A stretch of 64,000 nucleotides of DNA from Octopus sinensis (taxonomy: Eukaryota), in the NCBI RefSeq assembly GCF_006345805.1, contig NC_043005.1:36890001-36954000 (forward strand), in the 5' to 3' direction. The notes beneath the pieces are model-generated. The model saw only the letters and a program-made list of their open reading frames with translations, was not told where the DNA came from and ran no database searches. This document shows positions 39,872-52,885 of this stretch, piece after piece (position 1 is the stretch's first letter; every line of letters begins with the position of its first letter). The translations under genes and the position numbers were made by a program.

Positions 39872-40101
39872 TCATAGTTAATTAGAAAAAAATAACATTC
39901 TCCTTTAATCGTATGGTCATGACTGGAACGGGCTTATAAAGAAGACCCCCAAATGTCTCAGGATATACCCCACACGGGTTATATTTGTCATCTACCCAAG
40001 TATGTTTCATCAGTCAGCGTCCAACAACCTGGTACAATGATATATACTGAAAACATGTTGTACATTGTTCTCTTAATATATTTAATAGCGATAAAGATGT
40101 G

Positions 40102-40272
40102 AAGCACGCCGGGGAAAATGTTTAGCGGCATTTCTTTCGTCTTTACGTTCTGAGTTCAAATTCCGCCGACGTCGACTTTGCCTTTCATCTTTTCGGGGTG
40201 GATAAGTCCCAGCTGAATATTGGGGTTGATGTAATCGACTTAACTCCTCTCCCGTAATTGCTGGCCTTTTAT
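40102..40272 (+). mobile_element. SINE family A
   Basis: gcacgccgggg...gagttcaaattccgccgacgtcgactttgcctttcatc...gatgtaatcgac. Confidence 0.85.
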
Positions 40273-40564
40273 AAATCTATATATTTAGTGACGATGGCCT
40301 ACTTCTGTACAACTAATATTGTTACTTCTGCAACATTCAAATCTGTTTGGTAGATCCATATCAAAAAGGGTTTCTGCCTTACGCTACAACTAGTTTGGTG
40401 ATCGCCAATATAGGTGATCGCCACGCTTGTCCAGTCTGGTCTCAGCATATTCATTTTCTTATACTTCTTTTTAATTGAAACCTTTCTTGATCGAAGTCAT
40501 AGCGATAAGTCATGTAGCGTATTGTGTTGAAACATAACTGATCTTCATTATCATTATAATTACT

Positions 40565-41128
40565 AAGGCGGTGAGCTGGCAGAATCGTTACTGCGCCGGG
40601 CTAAATGCTGCTAAGCATTCAGCCCGTTTTACGTTCTGAATTCAAATATCACCGATGTCAACTTGGTCTTTCATGCTTTCCGCACCGATAAAATAAGTAC
40701 CAGTCAAACACTAGAGTCGATATTACCGATTTTACCGATTTTACCCGTACCCATGAGAATACTGGCCTTCTGCCAAATTTGGAAACATTATCGTCATCAT
40801 TATTATTATTATCATTAAAGTTCAGACCGAGGTGAACTTTGTTTTTCGTCTTTCATCCCTCGGAAGTCAATAAAATAGAATACCTGTCATTTACTGGCGT
40901 CGATGTAATCAGGACCGTAGCCCTTGTGCCTAAATACTTCTGTATCAGGACAAAATACCTTGCGATGTTTTATCCGCCTTTAGAGTCTGAGTTCAAATGC
41001 CGTCGAGGCCGACTTTGCCTTTCATCCTTTCGAGCTCGATAAACTAAGTACTAGTGAAACACTAGGGTCGGTATAATCGACTAGTCTCCTCACCCAAAAT
41101 TTTCAAACTTGTTCCTATAGTACAAAAG

Positions 41129-41180
<52 letters not shown>

Positions 41181-41198
41181 CTATTATTATTATTATTA

Positions 41199-41249
<51 letters not shown>

Positions 41250-41490
41250 AGGCGGCGAGCTGGCAGAATTGTTAGCACACTGGACGAAATGATTAGTGGT
41301 ATTTCACTCATCGCTACCTTCTGGGTTCAAATTCTGCCGAGGTCGACTTAGCCTTTCATCCTTTTAGGATCGATAAATTAAGTATTCGTGAAACACTGGG
41401 GTCGATGAAATCGACTTGTCCCCTTTCCCAAAATTTCAGGCCTTGTGTCTATAATAGAAAGGATTATTATTATTATCATCATCATCATCA

Positions 41491-41557
<67 letters not shown>

Positions 41558-41818
41558 AGGCGGCATAATCGTTAGCATGCTTAGCGGCATTTTGTCTGTC
41601 TTCGCGTACTGAGTTCAAATTCCACTGGGATCGACTTTACCTTTCATCCTTTCGGGGTAGATAAAATAAGTACCAGTTGAATGCCGGAGTCGTTGTAATT
41701 GACTTCATCCTTCCACCGAAATTGCTGGCCTTGTACCTAAATTTGAGATAATAATTAAGTACCAGATTAATTATTATAAGTACCAGATGAGCGCTGGTCT
41801 TGTGCTAAAATTTGAAAC

Positions 41819-41830
<12 letters not shown>
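40565..41830 (+). mobile_element. head-to-tail stack of at least 5 family-A SINE copies separated by (ATC)n/(ATT)n tails
   Basis: Copies begin at ~40567, ~40820, ~40945, 41250 and 41560, plus a solo tail at ~41790; all on the plus strand. Confidence 0.85.
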
Positions 41831-41867
<37 letters not shown>

Positions 41868-41892
41868 GTTATTGTTATTGTTATTGTTATCG

Positions 41893-41925
<33 letters not shown>

Positions 41926-42359
41926 CTGTATTTGTTTCCAAATTTGGCCTACATCCAATGCGTTTCGATTGAAACTGACACTGTTCGGAATAGTTTCTCG
42001 TTTATCTACTTCATATAACTGTGTGCAATTGCCTGAAATCAGATCTTTACCTCTTCCTACCACCACTTCAACCACCACCACCACCACCACCACTTGAATA
42101 TCTCATTCCTCCTCTCATAGTACTGCCCACCCTACCTACCACCACCACCAGCACCATCACTTATCACTTATCACTATCAATACCATCTCACTTACGTCCC
42201 CTCTTCCCCCTGCTACTTTCAGCACAAACCCTTGTCACACTAATTGCTATCAATCATTATCAATTTATTCTGCTGAAAATTAATCACGTGACGTCATGTG
42301 ACCTATTTTTCTTCTAATGCTGATTGCATTTCAAACACCCACCACCTACTCTGAAAAAA

Positions 42360-42366
42360 ACACACT

Positions 42367-42404
<38 letters not shown>

Positions 42405-43140
42405 ACACACGCACACGCACACACACTCACGCTCACACTCAATACACACACATGCATTCGCGCGTAGTCACGTACGCTCACACTCGCACACTCACACACA
42501 CACACACACACACACACACTTGTACGCACACTCACACACATTCTTACACACACTCTCACATACACACTCACACACTCATGCACACACACAGTCTCTAACA
42601 CACACTCACACACACATTCACACATACACACTAACACATATATTCACACATACTCTCACAAACGCACTCACACATACTTCCATAAAAACACACACTCACA
42701 CACACATACACTCACACGCATACTCTCACACAAACACTGACACAGAAATTACACACACACGCACACACACGCGCACACACATACGCACACACATACGCAC
42801 ACACACACACATACATTCTTACACACACCAAAGTTATGCGTTGTGCAATCTCTCAAACAATCAGCCATACGTGTACTCATACTTTCTTCCAAATTATCAT
42901 CATCATCATCATCGCTACTACAAATACCACCAACAGCATCATCGGCATCATCATCATCATCATCGACATCATTATTATCACCAGTACCTCCACCACCAGC
43001 ACCGCCATGGCATCCGCCCCAACCCCACACCCACCCCATCGACACCACCGCCACCACCACCATCATCACCACGCAAACCACATTCATCATTAGCACCTCC
43101 ACAAACGCCAGCATCACTAGCGCCACCATATTCACCCTGA
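42360..43140. repeat. degenerate (CA)n then (CAT/CAC)n low-complexity tract
   Basis: Read directly; source of the poly-His/Thr ORFs. Confidence 0.9.
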
Positions 43141-43678
43141 TTCTTTTACTAGTAAACCTGATATCCCCGTGGTTTAGGGATCAAATGATAAGGAGTTATC
43201 CCAAATATTTATTTTTTCAGAGAAACACATATTAATAACCTATTGCCTCCTCCTCTCTCCACCCTCTACTCCTCCCCTTTCTCCACCCTCTCCTCCTCCT
43301 CTTTCTTCTCCCTCCCCTCCTTCTCTTTTCCACCTCCTTCTCATTTACTTTTAGTACATTTTTCAGCGTTAGTTTTACACTTATCTTTTCTTAAGTGCTA
43401 CTTATTTCTGGCAATGAATGTGTTGGTAAGGTAAGTGAAATCATAATGATATCATCATCATCATCATCATCATCATTGTATTTCCCATCAGACAATATCC
43501 ATCTCTTTCTTCTCCTCCTTCTCCTCTTCACCATAGTTATTATCGACATCGCTACCACCATCTCTACCACCATCACCACATTGCCAGCACACGACTACAA
43601 TCATCATCATCGTCATCATCATCACAATCTCTTCCTTTTCTATCTTCTCATTAAAAGACGATTTTATCATGTACACGC

Positions 43679-43680
43679 TG

Positions 43681-43746
<66 letters not shown>

Positions 43747-43905
43747 TTAATAATGGTTTCAAATTTTACCACAAGGGCAGCAATTTTGGAGGAGGGGAGG
43801 AGTCGATTACATCAACCCCAGTGTCTAACTCCAAAAGATGAAAAGCAAAGTCGACCTCGGCGGAATTTGAACTCAGAACATAAAGACGGGCGAAATGCCA
43901 TTAAG
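43679..43905 (-). mobile_element. SINE family A with a long (ATT)n tail
   Basis: (AAT)n, then ggtttcaaatttt...gtcgattacatcaacccc...aagtcgacctcggcggaatttgaactcagaac. Confidence 0.85.
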
Positions 43906-44020
43906 CAAATCCACTTACAAGACTTTGGTCGGCCCGAGGCTACAGTAGAAAACACGTTTATTAATTTAAGCAGAAGACTAACAATCTATTAGGAGAGCAC
44001 ATAAGTCATTAGGAGAATAC

Positions 44021-44417
44021 TCTTTTACTTGTTTCAGACTGTGGGCCATGCTGGAGCACCACCTTTAGTCGAGCAAGTCGACCCCAGGACTTATTCTTTG
44101 TAAGCCCAGTACTTATTCTATCGGTTTCTTTTGCCGAACCGCTAAGTTACGGGGACGTAAACACACCAGCATCGGTTGTCAAGCGATGTTGGGGGGAACA
44201 AACACAGACACACAAACATACACACACACATATATACATATATACATATATACGACGGGCTTCTTTCAGTTTCCGTCTTACCAAATCCACTCACAAGCCT
44301 TTGGTCGGCCCGAGGCTATAGTAGAAGACACTTGCCCAAGGTGCCACGCAGTGGGACTGAACCTTGAACTATGTGGTTGGTAAGCAAGCTACTTACCACA
44401 TAGCCACTCCTACGCCT
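44021..44417 (-). mobile_element. SINE family B, full-length, young
   Basis: Complete from tail (ttttacttgtttcag...ggccatgctggagcacc) to head (cttaccacatagccactcctacgcct). Confidence 0.92.
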
Positions 44418-44429
44418 GGTACTTTATTT

Positions 44430-45060
44430 TATCGACCGTCATCATTATCATCAACAACATCATCACAACATTACCATCCTCCTCCTCTCTTTGATCCTCT
44501 TCTTCTCCTTCTCACTATTTTCATCTTCATCATCATACCCGTAGTTATCATCGTACGGATCAACATTGTCGTCGTCGACGTCATTATTGTGATCTGTATC
44601 GTCATTATTATTTTCACTTTTACCCGTGTAATCATCATCATCATCTCAATCATCGTCATCATCGTCATCATCGTAATCATCGTAAACATCATCATCATCG
44701 CCGTCGTAATCACCATCATCATCATCATTGTCGTCGTCGTCGTAGTAATCACCATCATCATCATCATCGTTATCATCATGATCATCTTAATCATCATCGT
44801 CATCATCATCATCGTCATCATTATCATTATCGTCATCATTATCATCGTCTCGCGATCATCGTAGTCTTCCTCCTCCTCATCATCATCGTCATTACTGTAA
44901 ACATCATCGTCATCGTCTTCGTTATTGTCATCATGATCAAGGTCATTATTATTATCATCGTTACCATCATCGTCAGCGTCGTCGTCGTTGTCATTATCGT
45001 TATCATCATCATCATCGCATCATCGTAATCATATCATCATTATCATCGTTATCATATTCA
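44430..45060. repeat. degenerate (ATC/GTC/ATT)n trinucleotide tract
   Basis: Read directly; source of the poly-Ile/Met ORFs. Confidence 0.93.
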
Positions 45061-45744
45061 TAAGTGTTTCACTTATTTCTTGCTTCTTTCCTTCATCCCC
45101 CCATTCACCACGTCTTTTCCATTCTCCCACCACCACCACCACCATTAACTACCCTTCGCCCCCTCCCCGCCGCCTTTATAGTTCAGTGCCAGTAACTTGA
45201 TCAGCTCAATAAGTGATAAACGAATCCTGTTGATGGTCGATAAATTGTTTAAGCTTTTCAGCAGCTTAAGACTGGCTTTGTGTTACTACGAGAGTGGGAG
45301 GTGGCAGAGGAGCGGAAGGAGAAGGCGAGTTAATAGGAACTCTTGGTGGTTGTGGTGGAGTAGAGAATAGAAATGGAAGGAGCAAAGCGGAAGGGGGGTA
45401 GAGGGTGGTAAGAGGATGAAGAGGAGGGGGGGAAAGAAAATGAGGAGGAGGTGAAAAAGAAAAGGAAGCCATAGGTGAGAGAAGAAAAGAAAACAGAAAA
45501 ATCAGAAAATAAACACAAATTCGGGGAGGGGGTTGAGAAAACAGAGAGGAGTAAGATGATGTTGAGAGCGGGGTCGGGAGTGGTTGTGGTGGTGGCGGCG
45601 GTGACGATGAGGAAATAGCGGAGGCCGTACCATTGGGGCTGCTGTTACTGATGAGGGTGATGATGATGCGGTGGTGATGATAATGATGATGAGATATGAT
45701 GGTGAGAACGACGCTGATGATAGATATGATGATGATTATGAGAT

Positions 45745-45800
<56 letters not shown>

Positions 45801-45852
45801 ACGGTGGTGATGATGATGGTGATGGTGGAGATGGTTTGATGAAGATGATGTA

Positions 45853-46183
45853 AGGCGAATGGCTCTGTGGTTAGAGCGTCGAGCTCACAATCATGAGGCT
45901 GTGGGGTTCTATTCCCAGATCAGGCTGTGTGTTATGTACTTGAGCAATACACTTTATTTCACATTTCTTCAGTTCTCTCAACTGTAGAAATTAGTTGTGA
46001 TGTCACTGGTGCCAAGCTGTACCGGCCTTTGCCATTTCCTTTGATAACATCGGTAGGATAAGAGAGGGGAAATTGGCATACATAGGTGACTGCTGGTCTT
46101 CCATAAACTTGTGCCTCAGAGGGGAACTTTCTAGGTGCAATCCCATGAGACATTCATGATCAAAGGGGGTCTTTACCCTTTAC
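45853..46183 (+). mobile_element. tRNA-derived SINE (family D), full-length
   Basis: ggcgaatggctctgtggttagagcgtcgagctcacaatcatgagg...gttctattcccag head; tail gggggtctttaccctttacc. Confidence 0.8.
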
Positions 46184-46340
46184 CCCGTAACCCTTAATAA
46201 TTTGGGTGGAGAATGAACATAAGCAACAGATCTATGAATATGTCATTGTTGGTTAGCACCAGGCTGGTCTTAATCGAGTAGAAGTATGATTAATGACGTT
46301 CCAGCCATGATCATCACGTATTTTATCTCTTTCTAAGGCA

Positions 46341-46760
46341 TAGGCACAGGCCTGGCTGCGTGGTTTAGGAAGCAACCACGTGCTTTCCGAGTCAATCCTA
46401 CTGCATGGCACCTTTGGCAAGTGTCTTCGACCGTAGCCCTGGGAAGACAAAAGCTTTACGAGTGAATTTGGAAGATGGAGACTGTGGAACCCTGTCCTAC
46501 TTACGAATGTGTGTGTATGTGTGTGTGTGCGTGCGTGCGCGTGCGTGTCTTTGTGAATATTCCCACCACTGTTTGTAAAACGGTGTTGTTTCGTTTACGT
46601 CCTAGTAAACTCGCGCTTGTGCGAAAGTCACCGCTAAAACAAGTGCCACACTTTAAAAGCAAAATAAGAACTGAGGTCAGATTTTTTCGATTGAGCGCAC
46701 CAAGGCGATGATGCTCTGGCATGGCCGTACTCTAATGATTGAAACAAGTAAAAGATAAAA
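46341..46760 (+). mobile_element. SINE family B, old full-length copy
   Basis: aggcacaggcctggctgcgtgg...ggcacctttggcaagtgtcttc...ggcatggccgtactctaatgattgaaacaagtaaaaga. Confidence 0.8.
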
Positions 46761-46816
46761 TATGCTTTAGTTAGGACTACTACACATAGTGTATACTTCT
46801 TTATCTAAGACGTTAT

Positions 46817-46836
46817 GGGGTGGGGTGGGGTGAGGG
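46817..46836 (+). other. canonical G-quadruplex motif
   Basis: GGGG-T-GGGG-T-GGGG-TGA-GGG. Confidence 0.6.
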
Positions 46837-47338
46837 AGATTTTGGTTCTTCCACCGGGAAGAGCTTCGTCCTTAACTCTTCACTTGACAACTTGCCAAAC
46901 CAAAGGATTTTTGTTTTGTTTATTTAATTTTTTTATTTCTGTGTAATATTTGAAGAGCATTACTGGTGTGAATTTTATCGAAAACCAATTGATGAACAGT
47001 AAAGTCGACATCAAAGGGATTTGAACACGTATCAGTGAAATATCAAACTAGATACTGCATAACATCCATCCATGCAGTATTTTCTCTTTATTTGTTTTGT
47101 TTTAGATTATTCTCCTCCCCCCTCTCACTCTCTCTCTCTCTATCTTTCTATCTCTCTATATCACTTTTCCTATCCTAGATGATGTTGAAAAGTAAAGAAA
47201 ATCAATAAAAACTCATATAACCAACAACAGAAAGAAACGAACGCATACACACACACATACACATATAAACACACACTTAGGCACATGCACACATGCCCAT
47301 TCACGCATCACACAAATATACACTAACACACACACACA

Positions 47339-47369
<31 letters not shown>

Positions 47370-47550
47370 CACCTGACCTACCCGAAACCGAAAGAATAAT
47401 ACGATTAAAACCACAAAATCTTAATGAGAACAATGGAAAGAATAAGAGGGGTAAACATCAAATGGATGGACAAAAACAATAACGCCATCAACAGTATCAG
47501 CAAGAACAACAACGATAATAACAGTAACAATAACAAATAACCAATAAAAA

Positions 47551-47594
<44 letters not shown>

Positions 47595-47714
47595 TATTGT
47601 TGTCTTAATCCACTTTTATATTTTCTCTCTTCTTCCTCCTCCCGCTACTTCTTTACATTCACCAACATCATCATCATCATCGTTCTCCAGTTACTATTCT
47701 TCTTCATCATCCTC

Positions 47715-47739
47715 ATTCTCTCCTCTTCCTATTCATCAA

Positions 47740-47792
<53 letters not shown>

Positions 47793-48014
47793 CCATCACC
47801 ATCACCACCGTCATCATCATCATCATCACCGTCATCATCATCATCATCATCACCATCATCACCATCATCATCATCATCATCATCATCACCATCACCATCA
47901 CCACCACCACCGTCATCACCACCACCACCGTCATCACCATCATCACCATCATCATCATCATGATCATCATCATGATCATCATCACCATCATAACCATCAC
48001 CATCAACATCATCA
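47715..48014. repeat. (ATC/ACC)n tract
   Basis: Read directly from the sequence. Confidence 0.95.
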
Positions 48015-48478
48015 ACGAGGTGGTATTAAAAGTTTTTCTAGACTATTTATGTTTAATCTAAAAAATGATTTATTTACCTAACTTTCAACATCATCTCCTT
48101 TGAAATAGTCATCTTGTGCAACAATACACCGGTCCCAGCGTCCCTGCCAGTTTTGGAATCCAGCCTGGAAGTCGTTTTCCATAAACGAGTTAAGAACCTT
48201 CTGTGATGCGCTCTGGATCTCGACAGCGGTGTTAAAACGACAACCTTTCAGTTGCATTTTCATCTTGGGGGAAGAGATGGAAGTCCGCAGGTGCTAAATC
48301 TGGTTGAATTAGACGGGTGCAGAAACGACACCATGTTGTTTTGGGCAAGAAACTCACGAGTGAGGAGAGCTCGGTGACAGGGTACATTGTCGTTGGGAAG
48401 AATCCAATTCTCTGCGATCCACAGAAACGGTCGCTTTCGCAGAATGTCATCCCTCAAACCCTTCAAAACCATGTGGTT
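48015..48478 (-). mobile_element. second mariner family, 5'-truncated (3' third of transposase plus one TIR-like end)
   Basis: Frameshifted fragments NWILPNDNVPCH, DLAPADFHLFP and KMKMQLKGCRFNTAVEIQSASQKVL...FQNWQGRWDRCIVAQDDYFKGD; end acgaggtggtattaaaagtttttctagac differs from the TIR of the 38586 element. Confidence 0.88.
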
Positions 48479-48595
48479 AGGAAGCTAGCTTATGCATACA
48501 TACATAATGTATATGTATATATAATATCTCTCTTTCCTCTCCTCCTCTCTCTCTCTCTTCTCTAATATAATAAATAAATATATATATATTATATA

Positions 48596-48646
<51 letters not shown>

Positions 48647-48654
48647 ATACTTGG

Positions 48655-48800
48655 CTTCCAAGTTTTTCATCTACTAAATTCATTCACTTACAAGGTGTTA
48701 GTCAGCCCGGGGGACATGGAAGACTTGCCCAAGGTTCCATACAGTAGGACTGAACATGAAATTGCCTGGCTGCAAAGCAGGCTCCACACAGCTGTGGTTC
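48655..48800 (-). mobile_element. SINE family B head, decayed
   Basis: gaagacttgcccaaggttccatacagtaggactgaac. Confidence 0.65.
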
Positions 48801-49343
48801 CGAGATTATAAATCAGATAAACCAACCAAGGGACTCTTTTCTGCTAGTGTAACGGTATGGTAAGATTTGAGGTTAATGTAGCTGTTATATCCCTAGTTGT
48901 TGTCGCTCGCACAGGGGCATTTCGTTATAGGCTTCATAAAGTTTTGTACTGTTGTTTAGGCTTAATTGAAAAATTACGATGCAGGCTTTTCCAACGTCGA
49001 CCATCTCGTCATTTGTATATCAGAAATTATGTTGTTCAATATATCTTTTAGTCAATGGTGTGATTTATGAACATCTTAGCTGTTAATTTCAGCAGGCTGA
49101 GTAACAAGGGAAGTACTTGACTTTACCAAAACCCTGACCTATGAAATTGTTTGGTATTAAGAAGAGTGTTCACAAAAATACGATATTTATTCTGTTGTTT
49201 ATGTAAATATACAGATTTCAGACATATTGCGAATAAAACTGTAAAACTGTAAAAACACAGCAAACATTACATTTTGAATTACTTTATAAATTTCTAATGA
49301 GATTTTGTACTTCAGTCATTATTAGGTATTTAATAAAATAATT

Positions 49344-49376
<33 letters not shown>

Positions 49377-49474
49377 TATATATGCATACATTTTTATAAA
49401 CATATATATATATATATACATACAAGAGACAAAGAGAGAGGCGGGGAATGAGGGAGAGAGAGAAAGAAATCTAA

Positions 49475-49980
49475 GCATCATACTTAACGCATATACAGCT
49501 TTGACATGCATGATGCTGTAATTTCTGTTTAAAAGAAAATTTTTTCATAGACAAGCTGTGTTAAAAAACAATATATATATACACATCGAAGCAATGGAAA
49601 CATCACCTTAGGAGTGACTCACCAGAATATCAGACACGTTTTGCCTTCCTTGAGTATTGTCAGTAATGTGTAATCAATCGCATGGTTTTTTCCCATACAG
49701 GAAGCAGAGAATTAATGCATTCACTAATGTTGTGTGTTGTCGCCGAGCTGAATAAAAAAAGGATGTACGCAAACTGAAACAAAATTAGATTAAAATGAAT
49801 ATTTGTGCATCATACTTAACGTATAGATACTTTTGACGAGTATGATATTGTATTTGTTGTCTGAGGGAAAACTATTTTCATGGACATACTCTGTTAAAAA
49901 CACTATATATATTGGTGACGAGCATTGTCATAGCAATGACCCACGAGAATGTCAGACGAATCATTTCAGCTTCCTTGAGC
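49475..49980. repeat. old diverged direct repeat (~180-bp units, 332-bp period)
   Basis: gcatcatacttaacg...ttttcat.gaca...gttaaaaa...gaat.tcagac...cttccttgag starts at both 49475 and 49807. Confidence 0.8.
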
Positions 49981-51494
49981 CTTATATACATAATAGTTAT
50001 ACAAATACATACATAGTCACACACGCACACACTCGCGCACACACACACATACACACACACACACATACACAAACACATACACACACACACACACATATTT
50101 AACACATTTTCACCAGGGTTTTTTTGTATAGAATAGACGAAAGAAACATTGTGAAGTAGGATTCTACCTCACAAACTCATCACTAACCGACAGCCGAACT
50201 CTCTTTCTAAGCAGCAATGGAGCTTATTGTATTTGTGCTTTTACTTTCTTATTCAGAATGAGGTTTAACTTTCTTCTTGTCATATATAAAATATATTTCA
50301 GCTCCATCGTCTGAGACATTTTATTCCTTTTTCTTCTGTTTGGTAAAATAATAGTTTAGTTCTTTTTGTTTTTCCCCCCATTTATTTATTTATTTATTTT
50401 TTTTTTTGGTCAATGAAAAACAAAAACCTCTGAAACGAGAGATATATATCGTAGTGATAATACAAGATACTATATATTAATGTTGTCAACGACAACAGTA
50501 ATAGCGAATAATCGAAGTGACAGAGTTACCATTGAGAATAGAAGATAATCACAAGAAAATAGAAACCAATGTAACTAGTGTTGGTTTCACTGGACAAAAG
50601 TCATTTAAAAGACTTCTGAAAGTTTGATAAGGTTGTATACCGTGGGGAAATGAGAACACAGACGGTTTGAGCAGAGCCCTTAGACGGAGACAAAAGCAAA
50701 TATTTGTTCTTGCGTCTCTCCTGGTTATCAAGTTATTTAAATTTACGAATTTAACTAAATAACCACGAGACAACTTGTTCTGAGACTTGTTCTGTCTTGT
50801 TGTCAGTTAATTCAGTTACAGAATACATACTTCGTCTCTTCGTTGTGCACAAATTATGCATCACATTTTGTATTCAACCGAAAAAGAAAACTGCGTTGCG
50901 GTGGCGACTCGCCCTGAGATTAATCCAACTCTAGGGTACTGGTTAAAAACAATATTAATATTAATTTAAGGTTATCTTTGGTATTGTTCTGTTGCCATTG
51001 TAAACTAGATATTTCTTTGTGGCTATACGGGGAATAAGTGTAATGATATTTTCGTGCATTTCGAAAGTTGGAGCTTTTTCAGTAACAGGGGATCATTGGT
51101 TTTCTAATTCTCAAAACACATTATTGGATTCTATTCATATAGTAGCTCAAAGAATTTCTTATGTAATAAGAATATCGTTCATTTTGAAAGGTCATTTGTT
51201 GATAAACAGATGGTTAAATCTAATGCGTTTAGTAAAACTCATTCTGTCTTTCATCGACAAGTAATTATAAGTGATTGCGGGTGATCTCACCGTGTCTATC
51301 AAGCAGGTATTGTGATGATATTTAATTTTCTTTGGTTTCCGAACGTCTGATATCCACGTTCAACCTCCCCAAAAAAGTATCTGTTCTATATTTTTCTTTT
51401 TTTGAGTTTCAAGATTCATAAGCCCAGTTACTCGATTTTCATACAAGTGACAGAGATCGCAACATTCCTCTTGAACGCAACATCAGTGTGTTGC

Positions 51495-51620
51495 AGGGTT
51501 AAGGGCCTGTAATTCTGAGGTAGGTGAATTACATCCACTCCAGTATAATCTGGTACTTTATTTTATCGACCCCGAAAAGATGAAAGGCCAAGTTAACCTC
51601 GGCAGTATTTGGACTCAGAA
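51495..51620 (-). mobile_element. SINE family A fragment
   Basis: ggtactttattttatcgaccccgaaaagatgaaaggc. Confidence 0.75.
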
Positions 51621-52019
51621 TAGTAATAAACTTGTATATATCTAGTTATATCTTCTATATTTACCGTTATATAACTGACGATATACAGAGCCAATTTAGA
51701 TCCTTAATGGTATTAACCAGTGGCTTGTGGTGCTTATTGTATTGGGTGTACTACTGCATCCAATGACACCAAATTTAAAGCAGGGATGTAACTAAAGTTT
51801 CCCATTAAGATTTGTGATTAAATTAATGACTAAGGTTAATATTTACAATGAATTTGCCATTTTGAATGAGTATGTATCGCATAGCTAGCACACCTGTAAT
51901 ATACACTCCTGGTATTAACATTGTTGCCTCGCACTAATCTTAATTCAGATCTCAGCAAAGTTCGTCAGGTAAATACTAGTAATTAGAAGATCCTATCTAT
52001 TTGCGCTGAAACATTGCTG

Positions 52020-52263
52020 AAAGAGTTAAACATTCTTTTCTACTCTATGCACAAGGCCCGACATTTTGGGGGAGGGGGACAGGCGATTAGATCGACTCCA
52101 GTATGCAGCTGGTTCTTATCTTATCGACCCCGAAAGGATGAAAGGCAATGTCGACCTCAGTGAAATTTAAACTCAGAACGTTAAGATAGGCGAAATACTG
52201 CTAAGCATTTCGCCCGGCGTGCTAACGTTTCTACTAGCTCGCCGCCTTAAAAGAGTTAAACAT
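52020..52263 (-). mobile_element. SINE family A, full-length, with 14-bp target-site duplication
   Basis: aaagagttaaacat at 52020-52033 and 52250-52263 flanks a complete reverse SINE. Confidence 0.92.
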
Positions 52264-52329
52264 AATCACAAACAATATTTGACAAAATCGTCCATGCCAG
52301 GAAAAGTAATTTGTAGTATTTTTTCTTGC

Positions 52330-52510
52330 TCTTTATATTCTGAATTCGAATCTCACAGATATCAACTTTGCCTTTCATCCTTTCGGGGTTGATGAAGAAG
52401 TACCAGTTGAGCATTGGGGGTCGATGTCATCGATTTACCTTTCATTTCAAAATTCCACACCTTGTGCTTATTGTGGCAAGGATTATTATTATTACTACTA
52501 TTATTATTAT
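52330..52510 (+). mobile_element. SINE family A, 5'-truncated
   Basis: caactttgcctttcatcctttcggggttgat...gtaccagttgagcattgggggtcgatg...aaggattattatt. Confidence 0.8.
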
Positions 52511-52649
52511 CAATAATATTAATGCGTTAACATTTTGTTTTGTACGTACCTTCAAAGAAGTAACAAAGAGAGAGGAGAGAGCGAGAGGAGGAGGAGGAGG
52601 ACAGAAAGGAAGTAAGAGAAAGAGGAAGTGAGAGAGAAAGAGATAGAGT

Positions 52650-52709
52650 GAAAGAGACAGTGAGTGGTGACGGCGATCGTTTTGTGTTTTTAAATGTCTC
52701 AGAGAGGAA

Positions 52710-52747
<38 letters not shown>

Positions 52748-52885
52748 GACAGTGAGTGGTGACGGTGTTCGTTGTGTCTTTTTAAATGTTTCAGAGTGGA
52801 CATACGAGAAAAAGAAAGAGGGTGAGATAGAAAGAGACAGTGATTGGTGACGGCGTTTATTTAGTGTTTTTAAATGTTTATCACA
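52650..52885. repeat. ~90-bp tandem repeat x3
   Basis: gagacagtga(g/t)tggtgacgg...tttttaaatgt at 52654, 52746 and 52834. Confidence 0.85.

Noticed and set aside
42520-43140. 206-aa His/Thr/Pro-rich ORF
   Set aside because: Entirely (CA)n and (CAT/CAC)n repeats, with no splice or domain evidence.
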